Notes: generated by a model from the sequence alone, not told the origin. A stretch of DNA of 64,000 nt from Bacillota bacterium (GCA_050952065.1 JBMNKF010000007.1:76412-140411); one strand, 5' to 3'; shown: positions 1 through 8,409, numbered from the stretch's first letter. Program-made: numbers and translations.

Positions 1-2
1 AT

Positions 3-857
3 CCCGCGGAGTTTTTTGCTTCGATCCTGAACAACGAACCCATGGGGTTTTACCCGGTTTCCACAGTGTGCGTTGAGGCCAAACGACACGGAGTAGGGAT
101 ACGAGGGGTTTCAGTCAATCATTCTTTCAAAGACGTTACTATCGAAGATGGAGATATACGCTTGCCGCTGAAAATGGTTAAGGGAATGTCTCAGAAAGAT
201 ATCGAGTCTCTGGTGTCGGAGCGAGACACGGGTGGGCCCTTTAGATCCTACAGCGATTTTCACAGGAGGGTATGGCTGGATTCGTCTACCGTAAAATCCC
301 TCATACTGTGCGGGGCCTTCGACGAGTTTGGCTTGCCGAGAAAAGGACTTCTTTGGGCCCTTCCTGATATAGTGCGGGATGCGTTTTGGGAGTCACAGGC
401 AGAAAGGCTCTTGGATGCTCCTGAGTCTCACGGAGTATCCGAGTTTCTTAGGAGCGAAAAGATAGCTTACGAGTGCCAGATATTAGGGTTTGGGGTATCA
501 GGTCACCCAATGGAGATCTGGCGAGGAGTCCTGAGTGGCAGAGGGTTTGTAAGGAGTGACCATCTCGGAAAGGTGCGTCCAGGCGAGTTCATAAAAGTCG
601 GGGGGATACCCGTGCGTCCTCATAGACCTCCAACAAAAAGCGGCAGGACGGTTGTCTTCATGTCATTGGAGGATGAATGCGGCTTAATAGATGTCACTTG
701 TTTCGAAAGCGTGTACAAGCGTTACGGTAAGTTCCTATTCCCCGGGGAAATTCTACCGTTGGGGATCTGGGGACAGCTGCAGAAAAGGGGCAACGCACTT
801 TCGATCAACGCCCGCACCGTGTTTCCTCTGTCTTATGTCTTGAACTCAAGGGCTTAG
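3..857 (+). CDS. dnaE: DNA polymerase III alpha subunit (DnaE-type), C-terminal ~285 aa; 5'-partial, gene continues upstream of window
   Basis: Frame is open from nt 3 (PAEFFASILNNEPMGFYP...). It contains the conserved DnaE 'NxxPMGFY' motif followed by HhH and OB-fold-like region (VEAKRHGVGIRGVSVNHS...IRLPLKMVKGMSQKDIESLV...GGPFRSYSDF). The ORF-track start at 42 is internal. Confidence 0.8.
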   Translation, partial: PAEFFASILNNEPMGFYPVSTVCVEAKRHGVGIRGVSVNHSFKDVTIEDGDIRLPLKMVKGMSQKDIESLVSERDTGGPFRSYSDFHRRVWLDSSTVKSLILCGAFDEFGLPRKGLLWALPDIVRDAFWESQAERLLDAPESHGVSEFLRSEKIAYECQILGFGVSGHPMEIWRGVLSGRGFVRSDHLGKVRPGEFIKVGGIPVRPHRPPTKSGRTVVFMSLEDECGLIDVTCFESVYKRYGKFLFPGEILPLGIWGQLQKRGNALSINARTVFPLSYVLNSRA

Positions 858-1427
858 GTATGTGGTGATCTTGGTCTCTCCGTATGAGTAGGTTCGATTC
901 ATGCGAAGGTTTCCGTAGGCTTCAAGGGTCTCTTCTCTCTTGTGCTGCTGCAACACCACAATTCCACCAGGCTCAAGTAAAGACGATGAGCCCAAAATAT
1001 CCATGGCACTCTTGTCGAGCCCTTCGAAATAGGGAGGAGCATTTATGATTATGCGAAACTTCTCTCTTGACAACTCAAGGGTTCTAGCCAATCTCAGGGC
1101 GTCGCCGAGCATAATCCGCACGCGGCTCCCTATCTTCAAAGAGCTGACGTTTTTCTTGATGACCTCTATTGCACGGGGGTTCTTGTCTATGCACACCGCA
1201 GACAGCGCGCCTCTAGACAGAAGCTCTATGGAGTAACTGCCGGTGCCCGCAAAAAGGTCCAGTATCTTGGCTCCCTCTGTGTACTCTGCAAGGATGCTTG
1301 CCACTGCGGCTCTAACCCTAGCCAAGGGGGGGCGTGTGCTCTCGCCCGGCACCGACACAAGGTTTCTGCCTCGAAACTCGCCTCCGACGACCTTAATCAG
1401 TTTCCTCACCCCGTCCCAGACTTCCAT
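846..1427 (-). CDS. rsmD: 16S rRNA (guanine966-N2)-methyltransferase RsmD
   Basis: 193 aa. N-terminal RPxxxRVREAxFxIL-like segment (RPPLARVRAAVASIL), SAM motif LDLFAGTGSYSIELLSRGA, and DPPY-like NAPPY motif. Confidence 0.8.
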   Translation of the reverse strand: MEVWDGVRKLIKVVGGEFRGRNLVSVPGESTRPPLARVRAAVASILAEYTEGAKILDLFAGTGSYSIELLSRGALSAVCIDKNPRAIEVIKKNVSSLKIGSRVRIMLGDALRLARTLELSREKFRIIINAPPYFEGLDKSAMDILGSSSLLEPGGIVVLQQHKREETLEAYGNLRMNRTYSYGETKITTYLSP

Positions 1428-1501
1428 ACAATATTACCAGATAGTCCCCAATGCTATAATCAACTTGAACTGGAAAACCCTTTGACCGGAGGAAGACCGC
1501 C

Positions 1502-2512
1502 TTGACGAGAGTCTTTGATGCTGGGAAACTCCCTCTTGATACGTTAAAACAAGTGGTGTTTAGGAGAGGCGGATCCAAAAGGCCCGAGGTGCTCGTCTAC
1601 CCATCTATAGGTGAAGACACCTCGGTAGTTGATGTTGGCTCGGAACTCTTAGTCATAAGCACCGACCCCATTACCGGAGCACAAGAAAACGCAGGTTGGC
1701 TGGGGGTGAAAGTGGCCCTGAACGATATTGGCGCTTCAGGTGCAGAGCCAATCTGCATTATGGTGACACTTCTGCTTCCGGAGGGAACGATCCATGACGA
1801 TTTCTCGGCCATTATCGACGATATCCACCGCGCATGTGTGGAAGAAAACGTGGCTATCGCAGGCGGACACAGCGAGGTCACTCCGGGTTTGTCAAAACCC
1901 ATCATCAGCGTAACCGCTGTAGGGAAGACTGTAGGAAGAAAGGTGTTGCGGGCCAGCGGTGCTAGACCCGGCGACGACATAGTGATGACCAAGTGGGCGG
2001 GCATGGAAGGCACAGCCATCCTGGCCAAGGACTTTCGAGGCGTCCTTCAAGAGAGAATTGACCTGGAACTGTTGGACCAGGCGGAGAAGCTTATGGCCTG
2101 GGTGAGCGTGACCAAAGATGGACGCATTGCTCTTCTGAATGGGGCTACAGGCTCGCACGATGCCACCGAAGGAGGCGTTCTGGGAGCCATTTACGAAGTG
2201 TGCGAAGCTTCGGGAACAGGTGCGCGGGTTGACGTCCAAGCCATCCCGGTACTCCGATGTACCCAGGAGATCTCTAGAATTGCGGGAATAGACCCGTTGA
2301 GGTTGGTTGCGTCGGGTTGTCTTGTGATAACAGCGCCAGACGGACCGAGTCTTTGCGAAGCGTATAGACAAAACGGTATCAACGCACAGGTGGTGGGCAA
2401 GATTACGTCAGGGGACAGATGCCTCGTGGTATCTGGAGAATTGTTTCCCCTGGAGTCTCCCAAGTCCGATGAGCTGTGGCGAGCAAGGCAGTTTTTCGAG
2501 GGAATGCGATAA
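1502..2512 (+). CDS. AIR synthase-related protein (PurM/HypE/SelD/ThiL superfamily), function unknown
   Basis: 336 aa. N-terminal PurM-like fold motifs (GEDTSVVD, STDPITGA, ALNDIGASGAEP) and C-terminal AIRS_C-like half. TTG start 6 nt downstream of GGAGGAAG. Confidence 0.6.
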   Translation: MTRVFDAGKLPLDTLKQVVFRRGGSKRPEVLVYPSIGEDTSVVDVGSELLVISTDPITGAQENAGWLGVKVALNDIGASGAEPICIMVTLLLPEGTIHDDFSAIIDDIHRACVEENVAIAGGHSEVTPGLSKPIISVTAVGKTVGRKVLRASGARPGDDIVMTKWAGMEGTAILAKDFRGVLQERIDLELLDQAEKLMAWVSVTKDGRIALLNGATGSHDATEGGVLGAIYEVCEASGTGARVDVQAIPVLRCTQEISRIAGIDPLRLVASGCLVITAPDGPSLCEAYRQNGINAQVVGKITSGDRCLVVSGELFPLESPKSDELWRARQFFEGMR

Positions 2513-2539
2513 TGACGAGCAGCAAGAGGTGAACCGGCC

Positions 2540-3400
2540 ATGTGGGTTACTTGGACACTGGTAGTCTTGGCGGTTCTCCTGTGGTTTGGAGTCTCCTGGC
2601 TGTCGGCGCTTGTTGAAAAATACTCCCACAGTCTCGAATCGATCTCGGTATTGGCTATCCTAGGCGTGGCTTCCCTATGGTTCGGGAGGCAAGCTGTTGG
2701 GAAACTCGCCCCTGAGTGGACGATGGGCCCTACCCTTGGAGCGTCTTTAGTGATAGGACTTGTGGTGTTTTCCCTTCTTTCGTATGTGGTGGTCAACCTA
2801 TGGCTGGCTCTTCTGACTAAGGAATACGACCAGCGTATTGCCTCTTTGGAGGAAGAAGAGGACTCTATACTGCGGACTCTTGAGTCCATGCGATGGCAGT
2901 CGCTGAGGGCAGGTGCGTCAGAAGGTCCGATGATAAAGGAGACCCCGAAGGTTTCTCCCAAACAGAACGAAGCCGACGTCCTCGCCGACTTTGTGGCCCG
3001 ATGGGAGCAAGAAGGAGGGGCCGCTCGTATTCGGTCTTTGAAAGTATTGGAGTGGAAGGATGAGGTTTCTGCCAAGTCAGAAGATGATCTGCGGCAGTTC
3101 ATCAGCCAATTGCGCCAGGTAACCGAGACGGAGACTGACGACATTAGGAAAGAGCAAGCGAGAGTAAGGCTGGCTCTTGCAGAACTTGAGGCGTTATCCA
3201 GGACTCCCGCCAGGCGGGATTCCGAGGAATCGTGGGTGTCAAAGGACGTCAGGGACCAGAGCCCCGCACCTATAGACCTAGATCAGTCAGCCTTGAGACA
3301 GCGCCTCCAAGAGATTAATCGGTGCATCAATGTCGCCAGATCCGAAAAAGCTCTCTTTCTTAGACACAAGGTCTCCTTAAGATGGGGGAGAAGGCAATGA
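2540..3400 (+). CDS. Hypothetical membrane protein: 3 predicted TM helices plus long acidic coiled-coil region
   Basis: 286 aa. Hydrophobic N-terminus (WTLVVLAVLLWFGVSWLSALV..., ILGVASLWF, LVIGLVVFSLLSYVVVNLWLALL), then E/R/K-rich heptad-like sequence. AAGAGGTG RBS before ATG 2540. Its stop overlaps the next gene start (ATGA at 3397-3400). Confidence 0.5.
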   Translation: MWVTWTLVVLAVLLWFGVSWLSALVEKYSHSLESISVLAILGVASLWFGRQAVGKLAPEWTMGPTLGASLVIGLVVFSLLSYVVVNLWLALLTKEYDQRIASLEEEEDSILRTLESMRWQSLRAGASEGPMIKETPKVSPKQNEADVLADFVARWEQEGGAARIRSLKVLEWKDEVSAKSEDDLRQFISQLRQVTETETDDIRKEQARVRLALAELEALSRTPARRDSEESWVSKDVRDQSPAPIDLDQSALRQRLQEINRCINVARSEKALFLRHKVSLRWGRRQ

Positions 3401-3837
3401 GCCACATGAGTTCATACAAGGCGGACATAAGACTTCAAAGTGCTCTCGAAGAGGGAAGGCCCGTGGAAGAAGACCCGGGGTGGGAGATTCTTGAAGAGGC
3501 GGTGATGACAGCCGCCCAGGAGATGAATCTCGACGTCAGCCACACCATACACGACTACTATGGCCGGGGAATCTTCTGTGATTGGGCTATGACCGGACCG
3601 GAAATCCCAAGAGGGCTGGGAGTCAGTGTGGACCGGAAGACCGGAGAAGTCACTTTCGTGTGCGACACATATGGAGGGTACGAGAGGATTGCGGGTGAGA
3701 TCAAGGACAGGGTCATCCAAAACTACTCGGCCCTGTGTGTGACCAAGGCTCTGTCGGCACTGAACTACACAGTCGACGTGGATGAAGTACAGCATCCTGT
3801 TCACGGCAAGAAGGTTATGGTTAGAGGAGTGCTGTGA
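3397..3837 (+). CDS. DUF1257 (Ycf35-like) family protein
   Basis: About 146 aa from ATG 3397 (MSHMSSYKADIRLQSALEEG...). The MSH-S-IKT-I-D type N-terminus and size match my recollection of the DUF1257/Ycf35 family. ATGA overlap with upstream gene. The ORF-track start at 3382 is also possible. Confidence 0.55.
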   Translation: MSHMSSYKADIRLQSALEEGRPVEEDPGWEILEEAVMTAAQEMNLDVSHTIHDYYGRGIFCDWAMTGPEIPRGLGVSVDRKTGEVTFVCDTYGGYERIAGEIKDRVIQNYSALCVTKALSALNYTVDVDEVQHPVHGKKVMVRGVL

Positions 3838-4064
3838 TGACCAGAAGAATTGACGTGGAGGTATCCCGGGGTGGCAGAGTGAAAATGGAGTTCTCAGGCT
3901 TTCCCGGGGAAGAGTGCTTTGCCGAAGCGGAGGTCCTGCAAAATGCCCTTAGGGAACTGGGTCTTTGGGCTTTGCCCGTGACGATCACTCCCAAGACAAC
4001 AAGGGAGATCGAGTCCGAATTGCCCAGAAAGACTGCGGAAAAGCAGAAGGTGCCCGTATCATGA
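3834..4064 (+). CDS. DUF2997-like small protein (copy 1)
   Basis: 76 aa (MMTRRIDVEVSRGGRVKMEFSGFPGEECFAEAEVLQNALRELGL...). Pattern I-x-V-x(4)-G-x-V-x(3)-G-F-x-G-x-x-C-x(n)-LExxLG is typical of the ~60-70 aa DUF2997 family. GTGATGA start/stop overlap with DUF1257 gene. Confidence 0.5.
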   Translation: MMTRRIDVEVSRGGRVKMEFSGFPGEECFAEAEVLQNALRELGLWALPVTITPKTTREIESELPRKTAEKQKVPVS

Positions 4065-4243
4065 CGGCCAATGGAAACGAAGCGAATTCCCAAGTTGCCA
4101 AGTCCTATTTCGAACTGGAGATCAGAGGGGATATCATAAACGTCTACGAAAGAATGGGAGACGGCGCTACATGCCTGCTGGCTAAAGCCCTAGAAAGGCT
4201 GGGGCTCAGACTGAGAGTCCGCGTGAGTTCTCCCTGCGGTTAG
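4061..4243 (+). CDS. Second DUF2997-like mini-protein (copy 2), 60 aa
   Basis: ATG 4061 overlaps the stop of the previous gene (ATGA). Sequence MTANGNEANSQVAKSYFELEIRGDIINVYERMGDGATCLLAKALERLGLRL repeats the same E-x-E/I-x-G-x(n)-G-x-G-x-x-C-x(4)-LExLG pattern. It is embedded in the longer ORF-track entry 3965..4243. Confidence 0.4.
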   Translation: MTANGNEANSQVAKSYFELEIRGDIINVYERMGDGATCLLAKALERLGLRLRVRVSSPCG

Positions 4244-4269
4244 GAACTGGGAGAGGGAGGCCCGGGTGT

Positions 4270-5976
4270 TTGATGAGGTTTCTTGACGAATCCTGGATAC
4301 AGTCTGGTATTCTCAAGCGAAGGGCGAACTACTCGCCTATTCTGTGTTTCGAGACCGTGGATCCCAAGAGGATATATCAACTGAAGTCGTTCTTGCTGTC
4401 TTCGCCTGAATTTTCCCAGACGGAGCACTTCTTCCTGTACGACCCTTGGGAAGGTCTCGGCACGCTTCGAAAAGGTGTGGACGGTCCCCTCTTTGAGCCA
4501 TACCGAAAAAGGTCTTTAAGGGATACTCCCCTGACTTCTAGAATACGCCCGGAGGGCGGCATAGAGTTTGGTGCCTTGAAGAGTGTCTTGAAAGAGGTTG
4601 ACCCGTTCCTTAAGACTTCTCAGACTGTGTTCCTCCTCCAGAACGTTTCTGACGTGAGAGAAGCCGACACGGGGTTTCAGGCCGCTATGAGGGCGTGGGC
4701 TATCGATCCCAACATCTTGTCCAGAGGTTCCACCGTGATAATCTTGACCTCAGATGCCTCTCGCATCATGGACGATTTTACAAAGGAGTATGTTGTTGTC
4801 ATTGCCATTGACCCATCCACCAGCCAGGAGCGCGAGAGCCTTATCATGTCTGTCGGGAGAGAGTTGGGGGTAAGTCTTGACGAGTCCCGCTTGGAAAGCG
4901 CCGCGGTGGCTCTGTCGGGGCTCAACCTCCATCAAGTAGAGAGCATCCTACTCGAATCGTACCAGCGCGTCAAAGATTTCGAACCTGACATTATGAAAGA
5001 GCTCAAGTCAGAATTGGTGAAGCGGTCCGGAGTGCTGGAGGTTAGGGATCCGCAGTTCAGCTTCAAGGATATTGGCGGTTATCACGCCATCAAGGATTTC
5101 GTCTCGAAGTACATCATAAACGTCCTCAAAAGACCTGAAAAGGCCAGGCGTTTTGGCCTTGGCTTGCCCAAGGGCCTCTTGTTCTTCGGTCCCCCCGGGA
5201 CAGGGAAGAGCTTGTTTTCCAACGCTTTGGCAAGCGAAGTCCAGCTCCCGTTCATAAACCTGGTCACAGAAAACATCTATTCCAAGTGGTTGGGGGAGTC
5301 GGGCCAGAACATGAAAAACGCCATAATCATGGCGGAAAAGATGTCCCCGGCTATCGTTTTTGTTGACGAAATTGACAGATTCGGCAAAAGGACCGGCAGT
5401 TCTGCCGGTTCAGCTGAAGAAGAAACCCAGCGCGTGTTCTCGCAGTTCCTGGAGTGGTTGGGGCGACCAGACAGGGAAGCCATCATTGTTGGAACGACTA
5501 ATGTGCCAGAGCACCTCGATGAAGCTTTTCTCAGAGCGGGAAGATTCGACTACAAGATCCCCTTTCTATACCCGGGGCCTGAAGCGCGTCTGGAGATACT
5601 TCTTGTGCACCTTGGACTGTCGCCCGGTGGCAGGAGACCTCCGGTGCCTCTGGACATGAAGCCCGAAGATGTGCGCGGGTTCCTGATGGAGGCAGTTGTG
5701 CCCCTCACCAAGAATTTCTCTTGCGCGGAACTGGAAGAGCTGGTGACTAGGGCCAAGAGGATAAGTTTCGACAAAGACAGAGAGCATGTATCTGGTGATG
5801 ATCTAGTAACGGCCGCGACAACTTTTCGGATTGACTATTCGGCCCGCAGGCGAACGGTTGAGACTTGCATGATCCAGGCAAGACACTTTACCGATGATCA
5901 AACGTTCCTTGATGCTATTGAAGAAGAGAACAAAGTGTATGAGAATGGTGCTACATCTTCTAGAAATGAGGGATGA
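4270..5976 (+). CDS. Classical AAA-family ATPase (single AAA domain, CDC48/Vps4/FtsH-like clade) with unique ~270 aa N-terminal domain
   Basis: 568 aa. Walker A GPPGTGKS, Walker B VFVDEIDR, SRH region TTNVPEHLDEAFLRAGRFDYKIPF. TTG/ATG start after GGGAGG. Confidence 0.85.
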   Translation: MMRFLDESWIQSGILKRRANYSPILCFETVDPKRIYQLKSFLLSSPEFSQTEHFFLYDPWEGLGTLRKGVDGPLFEPYRKRSLRDTPLTSRIRPEGGIEFGALKSVLKEVDPFLKTSQTVFLLQNVSDVREADTGFQAAMRAWAIDPNILSRGSTVIILTSDASRIMDDFTKEYVVVIAIDPSTSQERESLIMSVGRELGVSLDESRLESAAVALSGLNLHQVESILLESYQRVKDFEPDIMKELKSELVKRSGVLEVRDPQFSFKDIGGYHAIKDFVSKYIINVLKRPEKARRFGLGLPKGLLFFGPPGTGKSLFSNALASEVQLPFINLVTENIYSKWLGESGQNMKNAIIMAEKMSPAIVFVDEIDRFGKRTGSSAGSAEEETQRVFSQFLEWLGRPDREAIIVGTTNVPEHLDEAFLRAGRFDYKIPFLYPGPEARLEILLVHLGLSPGGRRPPVPLDMKPEDVRGFLMEAVVPLTKNFSCAELEELVTRAKRISFDKDREHVSGDDLVTAATTFRIDYSARRRTVETCMIQARHFTDDQTFLDAIEEENKVYENGATSSRNEG

Positions 5977-5979
5977 GGC

Positions 5980-6210
5980 GTGAAGGCTAAGATAGAAGCT
6001 GCGCTCAACCAGATTCGCCCGTCATTACAGGCGGACGGCGGAGACGTCGAACTCGTTGATGTTTCCCAAGATGGCGTAGTCAAGGTCAAGCTTACCGGGG
6101 CTTGTGGAACCTGTCCCTTTGCTACAATGACTCTGAAAGCCGGGATCGAGAGAATCTTGAAAAAGGAGATCCCGGAAGTCAAAGAAGTCGTGGCGGTAGA
6201 TCCTACATAA
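5980..6210 (+). CDS. NifU-like (Nfu-type) Fe-S cluster domain protein
   Basis: 76 aa with GACGTCPFATMTLKAGIERIL containing the CxxC motif of the NifU C-terminal/Nfu domain. GTG start only 3 nt after the AAA ATPase stop, preceded by GAGGGATGAGG. Confidence 0.7.
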   Translation: MKAKIEAALNQIRPSLQADGGDVELVDVSQDGVVKVKLTGACGTCPFATMTLKAGIERILKKEIPEVKEVVAVDPT

Positions 6211-6552
6211 GAAAACCGTCAATCGTAGCGTAGGTTCAGGCACCGGGGTGTCCTGAACAGGGAATTCAATAGGGCCTTCGAGGAGGCTCGTCTTCGGTGG
6301 ATGAGCCTTCTACATTGATCCCTCGCTTTGATCCTTCGCATACAATTTGCTTGCGTCTAGTGTTCCGATGGCTGCCCGATTGCGGAAATGCATGTCCTGA
6401 TCCGGTTAGCTACAAAGCCGCCCTTCACACCCGAGTAGAGCCTGGCATATAGATGTTCTAGCCAAACGGCATTCTTTGTCTTCAACGAAAGGAGGGTAAT
6501 TGCTCTGGATACCCTCGAAGTCAAACGCGAAGAACTGCGGCTAGAAGAAGTA

Positions 6553-8097
6553 GTGGGGGAAGGGACTTCACAAGTAATCGTCAGTGAAGCCGTAACGGTG
6601 CCTGAGGAAAAACCCCCGGTTAGGGCGGTCATTGACTTTGTGGCGAGGACTAGGATAGACAAAGTCACGGTGTTGCCCGGCAAGGTGATTGTGGACGGTA
6701 CGGTGGACTTCGCCATCATCTACGAAGCTACTGTGGAGACTCAGACGGTTCACGTGTTTCATGCGGAGGTCAAGTTCAGTACGTTTGTGGAGATCCCAGG
6801 TGTCGAGCCTGGTATGACTGCGACCCCCACGCTTGCCATTGAGCACGCGGTCTTCCAGGTTAGCCCGGATGGAAGAACAATCACCATCCGAGCGGTCGCG
6901 GCCCTCTCGGTAAGAGTGACTCAGTCGGTGGTTATCGACGTCATAACGGACGTTTCGGGCCTGCCCGGACTCCAGGTCACCAAAGAGGTTGTGAAGGCTG
7001 AAACAGTGCTGGGTGAGGGAGAAGCCCAATACGTGGTACGGGAGAACTTGCAGATTCCCGACGCTAAGCCTGACGCGGCGCGAGTGATAGACTTCGTGTC
7101 GACCATACAGGTGAACTCCACCACAGTTCTGCCCAACAAGATAATAATCAACGGCACCATCAGCCTAAGGGTCATCTACGAAGCGGCCGTGCCCAGCCAG
7201 TCGGTTCACGTGGCTCACTTCACCATCCCCTTCGAAGCGTTTGTGGAAGTCCCGGGAGCGCAGCCGGGGATGGCGGTAATCGCGGCGGCTCAGGTTGAGT
7301 TCATCTCTATCGATGTGAATGCTACTGGTCGAGTGCTTCAGGTGAGGATCATTCTTAAGGTTACGGCAAAGGTCATCCGAGTCCAGAAGGTCCAGGTTGT
7401 GACCAACGTAGCCGGTATAGCAGATTTGGTGCTCTGGAAGGAGCTAATCAGGGTCCAAGAGGTCTTGGGTGAAAACAAATCTCAGGGGATCGTTCGAGAG
7501 ATTGTGGACGTTCCTGACGAGAAGCCATCTGTGGCTATGGTGATTGATTCCAGTTCTTCTCCGGAGGTCAAGAGAGTTATCGTGGCCCCAGGGAAAGTCA
7601 TCGTTGATGGCGCCATAGCTCAGAGGATCATCTATGAACCGCTGGATTGCCCGATGCAACAAGTGCATACGCTGCACTTTACGGTTCCTTTCTCCGAGTT
7701 TGTGGTGTTGCCAGAGGCTAAACCCGGCATGGTTGCCAGAGTGGATGTTCAGGTGGAACACGCCAATTTTGAGGTACCGCCTTCGGGAGATCCCGTTATG
7801 GCCACCAAAATCATCCAGCTCGTAGCAAGAGTGTTTAAGACCAGGGTCATCAATGTAGTGGTCAAGATTCAATTAGGCAAACCGAAACCCACCTGTACCG
7901 GTACAGTCACCGGGAACCTGGTTAACGTCAGGCAAGGTCCCGGAACCACCTATGCAGTTGTTGCCCAAGTCAATGCTGGTACGGTGGTCGCGGTACTGGA
8001 GTTCTCGCCCGATTGGGTTAAGGTAAGACTACCCAACGGAGTGGTGGGATGGATTTCCTCCGCATACTTGCGGCATGACTGCAAGCCGTTGGGGTAG
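6553..8097 (+). CDS. Secreted/spore-associated repeat protein: three ~125 aa DUF3794/SipL-like repeats plus C-terminal bacterial SH3 domain
   Basis: Internal repeats (VLGEG-x-Q-x-VV-x-E-x-V-PD-KP...V-x-VLP-KVI-x-G-x-IYEA...VH...F...F-x-FVE-PGA-PGM) recur three times. C-terminus GTVTGNLVNVRQGPGTTYAVVAQVNAGTVVAVLE...WVKVRLPNGVVGWISSAYL is SH3b-like. The true start is probably upstream of 6553 (see findings). Confidence 0.7.
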   Translation: MGEGTSQVIVSEAVTVPEEKPPVRAVIDFVARTRIDKVTVLPGKVIVDGTVDFAIIYEATVETQTVHVFHAEVKFSTFVEIPGVEPGMTATPTLAIEHAVFQVSPDGRTITIRAVAALSVRVTQSVVIDVITDVSGLPGLQVTKEVVKAETVLGEGEAQYVVRENLQIPDAKPDAARVIDFVSTIQVNSTTVLPNKIIINGTISLRVIYEAAVPSQSVHVAHFTIPFEAFVEVPGAQPGMAVIAAAQVEFISIDVNATGRVLQVRIILKVTAKVIRVQKVQVVTNVAGIADLVLWKELIRVQEVLGENKSQGIVREIVDVPDEKPSVAMVIDSSSSPEVKRVIVAPGKVIVDGAIAQRIIYEPLDCPMQQVHTLHFTVPFSEFVVLPEAKPGMVARVDVQVEHANFEVPPSGDPVMATKIIQLVARVFKTRVINVVVKIQLGKPKPTCTGTVTGNLVNVRQGPGTTYAVVAQVNAGTVVAVLEFSPDWVKVRLPNGVVGWISSAYLRHDCKPLG

Positions 8098-8409
8098 TAG
8101 AGGCGCCGGGGTAGCAATAGCAAAACTGAGGAAGCGATAGGCAGACTGACTGGAAGCCGACCAACGTGGTCGGCTTGGGGCCGGGCGATGCCAACAAGGT
8201 GTCCCCGGCCTCTGGTGTCTTGCCAGATGACACCAGTGACCAGATATTCCGCGCATATGTGACAATATTAGAGAGATCATCCTGCGTCAATATCTCAGAC
8301 TACTCATCCAGACCTATTTGTCCTGCTAGACAGGTTTTTGAAAGGGCTTACGATCATATATTATGTTTATGCACTCTGGTAGTTCGACCCAGGAAAGGAG
8401 AAGCAAGAC

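Noticed and set aside
2191-3144. 317-aa minus-strand ORF spanning AIRS-like and TM/coiled-coil genes
   Set aside because: Antisense to two well-supported plus-strand genes; Ser/Arg-rich composition typical of GC-rich antisense frames.
3965-4243. 92-aa ORF-track model
   Set aside because: Its first 32 codons overlap the first DUF2997 gene in another frame. An internal ATG 4061 with ATGA coupling gives a 60-aa DUF2997-like product, preferred.
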